A stretch of 64,000 bases of DNA from an uncultured bacterium (GTDB lineage Bacteria > Babelota > Babeliae > Babelales > Babelaceae): NCBI GenBank assembly GCA_963722385.1, contig CAVRKK010000002.1:288001-352000 (forward strand), given 5' to 3'. Below the pieces are notes generated by a model that worked only from the letters and a program-made list of their open reading frames with translations, was not told the DNA's origin and did no database searches. The translations under genes were made by a program, and so were the position numbers. Shown one piece after another: positions 41,883 to 52,400 of the stretch. Position 1 is the first letter of the stretch. Every line of letters starts with the position of its first letter.

Positions 41883-41911
41883 AAGGGAGCGCTTCTAAGC
41901 GCTCCCTTTTT
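41883..41911 (+). terminator. Intrinsic terminator
   Basis: AAGGGAGCGCTT/AAGCGCTCCCTT stem plus T run. Confidence 0.85.
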
Positions 41912-42032
41912 CGTTCAATTTTTTATTTTAAAATCTAATTTCAGTCAAAATTCTTGCTTTTTTTAATCTATTATTTGTAAATTAGAATTATTATGCCTAA
42001 TAAAGTGGATTAAAATTGGCGAGGATGTGGCT

Positions 42033-42435
42033 ATGAAAGCTCGGTATTGGTACTTATTAGCTCAATTTTTTATCGTATGTGGCCACCTAAAAGCTGGAGA
42101 GGAGCCTTATCGCGGCGCAGGAGAAATATCGAGAGAAGAGCAAAGGCTTAAACTTGAAACGGAAGAGAAAGGACTTAAGGAACAGCAAGCTAAACTATTA
42201 GAGCAATTACGAACTACTCAAGAAAAACCAGAACAAGAGCAGCTTCAAGCAGAAGAAAAACAAGTGAGCTCACAGCTTGTTAATGTCGAAGCTGAAGCCG
42301 CAGCAATTCCTGAGATTGGCGGAGGTGAAGAAGCTGGAGGAGGAGTTACTGTAGGTAAAACTACCGAGCAAAAAATGATGAGCGCTCCAACTCTTGAAGA
42401 ATGGAATAAGTATTGGCAAGAATTCGCCGAACCAC
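42033..42435 (+). pseudogene. 5' fragment of giant secreted helical protein, cut at duplication junction
   Basis: Nearly identical to 43854-44252 but keeps the intact frame through GGAGGAGGA (42336-42344). Confidence 0.85.
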
Positions 42436-43045
42436 TTATAAAAATTACGTGCTTGCCTTGACACAGGCGCATGTCCTTTAACCGACTATGAAAATGCCGA
42501 AGTCATTCAAAATACTCCCGCAATGCTTTTACTCGCCAGCGTACTCAAGAACGCATAAACACGGCCAAGAGGCACTAATCGCTTGTCTTTGCCGGCATAA
42601 AAAAGAGCTGTGGGTTGCCGGCTTGCTATCCAGCCGTCTTCCACCTTAGCCAGAACGAGAGTAAGGCAAAGCCCCCTTTTTCTATCAAATCCTTGTGCTG
42701 TACAACACTAACAAGCTTTCCTATCTAAAATATTACGCAACAAGCTTTTTTTCTTAACACGGTCATGTTTTGCGGTATAACCTTGAGGCTGAGCAGCGAC
42801 TCAGCAGAACTATTATGCTAGGTGAACAAAGATTAAGCTTATGCACAGAAAATAACTCTGATCCCTGAAATAAAGCGGGCTTCCCATCAAATTGCCCCTA
42901 GCTTTTCATGGAAAAAATGATATCATGAAAACATGGGCTGAAAACTTTTGAGCTAAGTTTTTAAATTTATTTTACAATTATGTTATTTAAAGATATGACT
43001 CAGCCTCAATCAATGCAAATCTGTAACCTCAAGGAGTTATTAAAC

Positions 43046-43687
43046 ATGAACAAGCTGTTCTTATGCTTATCAGCCGCCATCCTCATCGGCGCAGCATATG
43101 CGGGGGCGATGGAACAAGATAAAACCGAGTTGAACAAAAAGCTAGCGTGGGCTATCGGAAGCGGGCATGACGAAACCGTAGCATCATCATTACGCCAAGG
43201 TGCTGATCCTAACTATATTGACTGTGGGACACCGGTTCTGGTTGATGCGATTAAATATAGTAGCCCTCAGGTAATAAGCTTACTTTTGCAATATGGCGCA
43301 AATCCTGAAGCCCGAAATGGATCAACGTCTGCACTTCGCCTCGCTATACGAACCAATGATCCCGCTGTTGTACGAGCTTTTTTATCAAATTTATCAGAAG
43401 AAACAGCCAAAAAAATTCTTAGCGAACAAGACTCCTTGGGAACAGCATTACATGAGCTTGCTAATCAAGGCGAAAAACCAAATGCACTTGAAATAGCTAA
43501 AATACTCATCGAAGCCGGCGCACTTGCCAGCAAAAAGGATGTCTACGATGAGACTCCAGCTGCAATTGCAACAATGCATGGCTGCACAGAGTTAGCAGTA
43601 TATCTTTTAGAGCAAGAAACCAAAGAAAAGGGCTGGAATTTAGGGGGCATACTTTCTGGATTACGAAATTATATCAGCGGCAACTAA
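43046..43687 (+). CDS. Secreted ankyrin-repeat protein, family 2 copy 2
   Basis: Paralog of 41221-41865; AAGGAG RBS before ATG 43046. Confidence 0.9.
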   Translation: MNKLFLCLSAAILIGAAYAGAMEQDKTELNKKLAWAIGSGHDETVASSLRQGADPNYIDCGTPVLVDAIKYSSPQVISLLLQYGANPEARNGSTSALRLAIRTNDPAVVRAFLSNLSEETAKKILSEQDSLGTALHELANQGEKPNALEIAKILIEAGALASKKDVYDETPAAIATMHGCTELAVYLLEQETKEKGWNLGGILSGLRNYISGN

Positions 43688-43706
43688 GGACGTTAAGATA
43701 CTTGAG

Positions 43707-43732
43707 GGGAGCGCTTCTAAGCGCTCCCTTTT
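43707..43732 (+). terminator. Intrinsic terminator (duplicate)
   Basis: GGGAGCGCTT/AAGCGCTCCC stem plus T run. Confidence 0.8.
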
Positions 43733-43853
43733 CGTTCAATTTTTTATTTTAAAATCTAATTTTAGTCAAAATTCTTGCTTTTTTTAACTTATTATTTGTA
43801 AATTAGAATTATTACACCTAATAAAGTGGATTAAAATTGGCGAGGATTTGGCT

Positions 43854-46800
43854 ATGAAAGCTCGGTATTGGTACTTATTAGCTCAATTTTTTATCGTATG
43901 TGGCCACCTAAAAGCTGGAGAGGAACCCCATCGCGGCGCAGGAGAAATATCGAGAGAAGAGCAAAGGCTTAAACTTGAAACGGAAGAGAAAGGACTTAAG
44001 GAACAGCAAGCTAAACTATTAGAGCAATTACGAACTACTCAAGAAAAACCAGAACAAGAGCAGCTTCAAGCAGAAGAAAAACAAGTGAGCTCACAGCTTG
44101 TTAATGTCGAAGCTGAAGCCGCAGCAATTCCTGACATTGGCGGAGGTGAAAAAGCTGAGGAGTTACTGTAGGTAAAACTACCGAGCAAAAAATGATAAGC
44201 GCTCCAACTCTTGAAGAATGGAATAAGTATTGGCAAGAATTCGCCGAACCACCAGGGACCATTTGGGGAAGAGGCGGTGAATTTTTTACCCTACCGCCTG
44301 AAGATGCAGCTAAAAAGGTGATTACCATTCTTCAACAAACACCAAAAGAAATCTTTACAAATAAAGCACCAAAAGGGATTGATACTTTATTATCTCTTGC
44401 TCAACGTATTAACGATAATAAGGCTCTTCCTCAAAATAATGTTGGTAAAATTTTCAACCTCATTACTGAAAAATTAGTTGACGTTACAAAAGCTACTCAA
44501 TTTTCAGGAGAAGAGCCTCCTCAACGAATTGGTAGCTGGGATTATATTTATCGAAAAATTGGCGAATCAGTATTACCAAAATCATCAAAAGATACTATTC
44601 AAAATCTCATCATTGAGCGAGCTCGCGACATGATCTTCAAGCAAAATTTTGGTGAATTGAATCCCGCTTTCAAAGAACTCGCCGGTGGTCCAATATGGCA
44701 AGCTATCCATAGTTTAACAGATGAGCGACTAAAAGAGCCTTTAATCAAAGCTTTATCTGAAAAAATGATTGATATTTTCAAATCCAAGGCATTTTCGGGA
44801 ACTCAAGCTCTCGTCCAGTTCGCCAAACAACTTGAAAACAAGGTGGAAAAAGATCTAAAGGATACTGCTTGGCAAGTTATAGCAGACAAAACCTCTGAAT
44901 ACTTAAGAACACTTGCATCCGAGAACAATCCCAAGCAAGCCGTAACTGACATCTTATGGCAATATCAACTCCTCAAAAAACTTAATTTTCCTGAAGAACA
45001 ACGTGAACAAGTAAACAAAGCCTTCCTTAAGCATGTAGGCGATTTAATAGAAAGGATGCCTTCCAATGCTGAAAGTATTGACGCGTTGTTAGAAATAGTC
45101 ACTCAAGCGAAACGTGATCGAGATTTTCTTGTTATCGAGGTTATAGCAGAGAGAATGAATAATATAATTCTTGATACACTCGAAAATCACACCATTATGG
45201 CAGAGTCTGTCGCTGAAAAGGGCACACCAGAAGAGATTTATATAAATGCCTACAAAAAAGAAATCGGCATGCTTACTTCTTATTTAAGTGTAACTTTTGA
45301 TACAGCATACAAAATTTCCGAAAACGCTAAAGCTGGCCAACTTGCTGCGGCCAAGCGATTAACTCGATTACAAGATTTTATGAACGCACAAGAGAAACTT
45401 GCTGCAGCAGAAAAGCAGGGATTAGCTGGCTGGGCTTTCTCCAAAATTAAAGGAGTTTTGGGTGATGCCTTTAAAGCGTTTAAGGGTGAAAACACTTTAG
45501 TCGAGCTTATTAATACGCAAGACCCAGATTTTGCCAAAACACAACATATACAAAAAGAACTTTTTGCCAAAGGCCGACTGGAAGCCCTTCCTGAAGATAT
45601 GCTTGCGCGCCTTAATGCCGAGATCCACCAAACAATGAGTCAAGTAAGCGCAGCAAAAGACAAAAAAGAATTTCTGACGCTCTTTAATAAGCTGCTTGAG
45701 CTCCAAAAACGACTAGAAGAGCCACTTATCGCCGGCACTCGATATGGTTTTAAAGATTTGTTAATCGAAAAGGCAGATGAAGCAAGGTTTGCCAAGCTTT
45801 CTCAAAAACTACCAGCTCAAATGATTAAAGCTTTTGACGAGAATCTATCAAAAATTATTCCCGGCGAAGAATTAGGGAGCGCAGGTACGGAACGAACGGC
45901 GAAATTAGCAGAGCTCGATGCTATGCGTAAAAGATTACTAAGTGATCCAGCATTTAAATCTGCCTCTGGCTCGGCTGAACTATTACAGAAAATTATTAAG
46001 ATTGTTGATGTCGCCCGGAGTCGCGATAGAGCAGATATGGCGCATCTTGAGGGAGAGGTAGAAAAAATTATTCAAGATGCGGTCTCAAAACCGCTTGAAG
46101 AAATGGGATCGCTCAAGGACAGAACGGAAAGTGCTATAAAAGAATTAGAAACCTTAGGCTCCCACTCACTCGGACTTTCTGCCGCAGCCACAAACGTATT
46201 ATATGATAGGCTGCAAGAAGCGCAAGCGTGGTCAGGAATTATCGATATTGCAGACAGTTATACAGCACTACGTGCTGAAGGCTCAACCGCCGATGTTGCC
46301 CAAAAAGCTTATAACGAACTCACGCAGAAAGTACCCGAAATTGTGCACAGCTTGGATTATCGCAACAAGCCAGATACCGATCGAGCTACCTTCATGACAA
46401 AACAAGAGCGCGCTTTGCGTAAAGTGAGCGACCTTCTTAATCAAAAAGTCGGCTCTTATACCATGGTTGATCTAGGTATAGCTATGGATAATATGATCAA
46501 TGCGCTCGTTAAGCCTAAGCTGGATATGATTAAAGTATTGGAAGAACAAGGTTATATACAAGAAAAACCAGCAGGCTCAGGCTTTTTTGAACCAACGCTC
46601 AAGGGAAGCTCGCTTGCAGAAATAACCCGTGAGAACACAGATATTGTCGAGCGAAGTCAGCAACTTAAGGAATATCTCGACAAGTACGGCAAAACACTGC
46701 CGAGCCTGGTTATGGAAATCGCCGGAAAGCCTATTAAACTTGCCGAAGGGCTCAAGCTATCATGGATGATTCTCGATGACCAGCTTGATGCACTCAAGCA

Positions 46801-48655
46801 AAAATATCTCGAAAGCTTGCGAGATCCGCTTAAAGATAGAATCATCGATATTCAAAACTCAATCAGCGCGCGTGTTGATACGGTCGATAAAGGTATGGAA
46901 CGGCTTGAAAAGTTACTTGGTCTTACGGCAGAACAGCTTCAGGATCTTGGGGTTTTGGTAAAAGCATTGGGGCTTGCACCCGAGGTCATAGCAAACCCCG
47001 TTGTGCTCGCCAAACACTTTGGCATTGCTGAAGCAGACATGGATAATCCGCGTGTAATTGGCAAAAAATTTGGCTTGAGCGAGAAACAAATTGAACAAAC
47101 AGACCCATCAAAGCTGTCTTTTAATAATAAAGAAGTACAAATAGAGCTCATGCAAAGCGAGCTCGTCATGCAAAAGCTGCAGGAGCAGACAGAAAAGCGT
47201 GTAGCACCAGGCGAGGCCAAACTCTCCAATACCCTGCTCTTAGGTGATATCGCTGATATTTTAGCGGAGCAGCGAAAGCAATCTGGCAAGCGCTCGGTTG
47301 ACCCTTATTTCGAGGCATTAGTTGGCCTGAGAAGAAAATTGCTCGATATGTCCCCCGCCGAACGAGAGAAATTCAACAAAACCGAGGCATTATTAAGTCT
47401 TAGAGCTGCCGCTGATGGCAGCGTATCACTCAAGCTTGATCCGCGCGCCGTAACCGACGAGATGAAGCTTGTATTTGTTGAAATGGCACGACTGATGGGC
47501 GATGGACTTTCTGGCTTTGCCACCTATAGCCATAAGCTGTGGATTCAAGCACGGAAAGGCACCAGCTTTATAGTGAAGCTTGCAGCGCTTCCGGTAGCCG
47601 CGGTTACCTATATCTTAACAAGAATTGGCATCTCGACTGCATGGAGCGCCGGCACAACAGCAGCGACGGGCGGTGCAACAGCCGCCGGTGGTCCTATTGC
47701 CGGTCTTTTAACATATATCATGCTTCCAGGCCCCGGCTTCTTGCCCGATATTGTCGGCCTGCTGGCAGGCACTGCTGCTGGCGGTGTGTTATACTACGTA
47801 GGCAGCGAAATAAAGCCGAGCAAAGAGGAGATTGAAAAACTCAATGAAGAGTTAATTACTGGAGGTTTTGATCCCATCAAAGTACCAGAAGGCCAAGGAT
47901 GGGTTGAAGCAAGTAAAGAGTGGATAGTGAATACTTTTGCTAAAAGTGATATGGGCGTTTGGACTGCTACCGCGGCACAACAAAAATCTGCTATCGATAA
48001 CAAGGTTGTGCTCTTTGAACAAGCGCGAACCGAATTCTATCACTTGCTTGAGCTCCCACCAACAGCCAGCACGGTAGAGGTAGAAAGCGCGATTGTTCGC
48101 AAACAAGCAGAGATTGAAACAAGCTGGGGCATTAATCGCCAGCTCATAAGCCGGCGCTTTAACAATGCTTATCGCTTTGTATTGCGATCCGCTCAAGATG
48201 TTGTCGAAGCCAATGATCGCTATATGACGACACTAGCTAACATCCAAACCAAAGCACTCGCCGCACCTGCTGAACGTGCTGAAAGCGCCGGGATCAAATA
48301 TGGGTGGGAACGATTGAAAGGGGCAGCTGGCGCTTTATTTAGATGGATGACCGGCATTAAAAAGGAACCCAAAGAAGGCTTAACGCTATCTGCTGGCGAG
48401 TTCACTCAATTTAAATCGCAAGTAGATGAGTTCTTTGGACGACAAATAACTGATTTACGTGCTCTGAAAGACTTTATAACCGAAAATAAAGACCAGATCA
48501 AGAGCGCTTCACCATTTAACGATCAAACATACCTGACCACCTTCCAAAACTTGCTTGATGGTAGAATCGCCACGTTGCGCGATGAGTATGCTGAAGGAGT
48601 AAGAGCGCTGCTCAAAGAATACGGTTTCAAGACATCGGGAACAATTGGTGCGTGA
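43854..48655 (+). pseudogene. Giant (~1600 aa) secreted alpha-helical protein, split by a 4-nt deletion into ORFs 43854-44171 and 44192-48655
   Basis: GCT-GAGGA-GTT at 44154-44164 versus GCT-GGAGGAGGA-GTT in the duplicate; downstream 1487 codons remain open; paralog of ORF at 60882. Confidence 0.8.
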
Positions 48656-48806
48656 CACTTTGTATTTATTAATTCTCTCAAGGAAATCCGCTATGGATAA
48701 TTTCAGTAGAGCTTATATTTTTTAGGTCTGCAGCCAGCACCCGGTACCGAAGGCCATAAGAGAAATTTTTGATCACCAAAACGTTCAGCAAAGCAGTTCA
48801 TAAATC

Positions 48807-48844
48807 AAAAGGGGGGCGAAGAAAATTCTCGCCCCCCTTTTTTT
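48807..48844 (+). terminator. Intrinsic, probably bidirectional, terminator
   Basis: AAAAGGGGGGCGA/TCGCCCCCCTTTT stem with flanking A and T runs. Confidence 0.85.
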
Positions 48845-49428
48845 ATTAAGCATTTCTCCCCTTTCCAAATTCTCGTATTACTGCTTCCCCATTAAAATAT
48901 AAGCAAGTCTAGAAAGAAAAGATATTTTACTCAACCTTAACACAAAACTGCTACGTTTTTGCTGCCTTATTGATGAGTAATTCTTGGTTAAGATGAGATA
49001 CCAGATTTAACTGGTCGGTAGCGCAATGGCGAATTAAACGTATTATTTATTGTTAAACCGTATTCGCTCGTCTGACAATCATTACAAAAGCTCGATATCT
49101 AACCTGTTCTACCTGCCTCCCATTAAATTACTGCGTAATTGTGATCGGCGAACTCAAGCAACCAAATTAAATGTAAGCAGGGCGTTTGCTACATTGTGGT
49201 TGACAAGAAAGGTATTTGAAAGTTTGCCTACCCGCAGCAAAATTTGTGGAACTAAGAATGTCCAAAGCGCAATTTTCCGGTACTGTAATACCACCAAATT
49301 GTGAAAGCAGATTTGCTTAATTAATAAATATCTGGTAATATTCAATAAATTAAATCGAGATAGGCAAGAAGCAAGGACTCGGTAGTAATGAAGGGTGTAC
49401 GCAACCTTTTATTCCGAGGACTGGCTTT

Positions 49429-52400
49429 ATGTTTATTAAGGCTTTCATACAACGTGCTCTTGTCTTTATTTTTTCTCTATTAGCAATAATATCTTGTCGC
49501 GCAAACACGGAGCCCCGAGAAGGGTATCACGTAATTATTACGCGTGACGAACCAGCATCCCGTCACGTAACGAAGCCCCGCGGCCAAGCGAGCCCAGAAG
49601 CAGCAACGCACTGTAAGATCATCAAGAATGGTGAGCAGATTGCGCAGACTGACGTTGTACATGCGGTACGTGATACGTTCAAACCATCAGAATTAGCACA
49701 GCCTTTTTGGCTCATAGACGCTCGCAATTTACAGATACGCGTTCAAGAAGGTGATAACTGTTTTCATTTGTCGGTGGATGCCAAAGGCAATATAGCGATT
49801 CACAAGCTTGAGATGGCCGACTCATTTTCACTTGAGGTATTTGGCAGTGGCAGCATTACCTCTCAAACGCCGATTTCGCTTAAGAAAGACTTGGCGATTA
49901 GTATGCCTCGAGGTGTTTTCTGGAGCGGTGCCAAGGCCCATTGGCATGTTGGCGGCCAAGCCGATTTGTCATTTGAGGAAGGAACGGTGGCAATTGGGGG
50001 AAGGTTTGAGTCAACGGGGGATCTACGTATCAAAGCAAACAGCTATAAACAGTTCTATGGTACGGCACAAAGAACTGAGGGTAACCGATACCACGCTATC
50101 AATGATAACGGATATCCCTGGACATGTGTTGAGTATGATATGGTGTCGCCAAAGCGCTCATTGGTGAGGTCGCAAGGGAATATCTCTCTCACTGCCAATC
50201 ATGCTGGTATTTATGGCGGTATTCTACATGCAAAAGAAAATATTATTGCTGATATTGATCAAAAGTTTGAGCTTCTGACGCAATGTAATGATCATAAGCG
50301 TTGTGAGATATATGAAGAAGATACTGGCTGGATTTTCAAAAACATGGTTCCCCGAGCAGTCGTTGATTACTTTGAAAGCTGCGATGACGTAGCAATCCTG
50401 CAAGCGGGCAAAGACCTCAAGCTCACGCTTCAGGGCCAGCCGGTAAAGATACACGATATCAAGCACTATCCGGCATTTGAAGCCACGGGCCAGATTGTCA
50501 TTGGACAAGAAGCTCGTGTGTCATCATCGAACAAGCAAGGGGTCATGTATAATCATAAGCCCGATGTAGATGATCTCAGGTCATATGGACCAATTTCTCT
50601 CTCGTTTGCTCAGTATATCAATCCCGCCACTACTATTCCCTGTAATGACCCGCGCTTTATATTTACCCACCCCTCACAGAAAGAGAGCATAGAAGCATGG
50701 GAGCCTGGCAACGAGCTTGCATTTTTCTCTGGCACTTCTTTGAGTAAGCCGCCCATGCTCCTCTCTTTTAGTTCTCAGGTAGAGATACTCTCTCGGCTTT
50801 TGTTTGAGCTCGGCCTTCCCGCACTTGGAGGTGAAGGTGATTTTGTCACCCAGCTTAAGGAACTCCAACGTGCTGGCTATCTCGTAGCCCTTATTAACGG
50901 CATGGGAATAGGAAAAATGAAGAAAAGAGAGCCACTACCGCGGGGACAAAGTAAGCCGCGAAAGTCGTTGAAAGAGTCGCAAGAAACCAAGGTCGAATTG
51001 TCTGAGGAAGAAAAGCAAGAGCTCGTCGCACTTGTCAAGCGTTACAGCCATAAAATCAATGCTTCTCCTTCATACCTCAAAAGCAAAATGGCGAGAATAC
51101 AAGAAGGCCAAGATAGTGCAGTACTCACGCAAGAGCTTATACATGAGTTGCCATTTTCATTTATCTATTACCAAGTTCAAAAATTCGATGGCGTTGATTG
51201 TTTAGTCCCTGTCCTTCACGTAAGCGCAGCGGACCGTGATGCCAATAAGCGTATGGGCTCTATTCTCGCTCATGATGTTACTATTGATAAGATGCATCGA
51301 GTCGTCAATAAAGGCATGATTCGTGCAATTAATCGTGTCAAGATACAGGCAGATACGATTATTAACAAGGCCAATAAAGTCAAAAAGTACTCTGTACACA
51401 CGCTCTTAGACGGCGGTGATATTATTGGCTTTGATATCGAGCTTGAAGTTCCCCAAGATGCCGTTGGTAAAGCGGGTATTAAGAACATTGGTGGCTCTAT
51501 TGTGGGCAAGCAGAAAGTATCGTTCTATGCCAAGCAGGGAGACATCACCAACACGGTTCTTTTGGGAAGCCGTACGGTAAGGTGGGACCCTGGCTTTTTT
51601 GGCAGGCTCTTTGGTCATCGAGATTCTTCGGAAGTCGTAGATTTCTACCCAGGCAACATTACTTCTGAGGGCAATATTGAACTCATAAGCGAGGCGGGCA
51701 CGCTGCTTAATGAGGGATCAAAGATCTTTGGTGCTCAGGATGTTAATTTGAAAGCGTATGCTGATGTTGTTTTCAAAACACTTACCGACAAGCATACATC
51801 ATATAGCGGCGCGTCGCTGCAGGGCTTTTCGGTTAAGCAGGTGGTCCAAGAGGCCATGACTATGGAGCGCTCAGAGGTCGCTGCTGGACAGAATCTTACT
51901 ATTGAGTCCACCAATGGTTCAATCAGAAGCTATGGCGCTTCTTTTATTGCCATTCGTGATGCCTTGTTCAAGGCAAAAAAGAGTAACGATCTTGCCGTAG
52001 TGACCAAAACGCTCAAAGGCGAGCAGAAGCAGCTGGGGCTTAATTTGTTTTGGCTCTATGCTACCAGCAAAAAGCATCTGAAGGACCATATAGTCAAAAC
52101 AGAGATTAATGTTGGTGGCAAGGTAACCTTTGAGTCGGGCGAGGACAATGTGCTTGAGGCAGTGGTTGTGTATGCAGGTCAATCTATTCACTTAATCGCC
52201 AAGCGCAATAATATTATCAAAGGCGCCAAAGAGCGCTCATCATCAATGACTGATAGCTGGTCATTCGGTGTGACCTTTTTTGGCTCAGATGCTCTCGGTT
52301 TGCTTGCCGACGAAGAATATCGCAGAGCTTTGTGGGCGCTCAATGATGAGGACCCACTGATTGCCTCTATTCACCGACTTGCCAGTTCGGCAAGCACTGC

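Larger units (their letters stand above)
40612..44252 (+). repeat. Tandem duplication, units 40612-42435 and 42436-44252
   Basis: Each unit = last ~120 bp of the 36850 gene + ~490 bp intergenic + ankyrin gene + terminator + 5' end of giant gene; junction GAACCAC|TTATAAAAATTACG. Confidence 0.95.

Noticed and set aside
41221..43687. Diversity-generating retroelement as cause of ankyrin or toxin-tip variation
   Set aside because: No reverse transcriptase in window; differences include indels and all base types rather than adenine-only changes
48960..49345. Short ORFs 49050-49304 (+) and 49154-49345 (-)
   Set aside because: No RBS or recognisable motif; overlap the toxin promoter region
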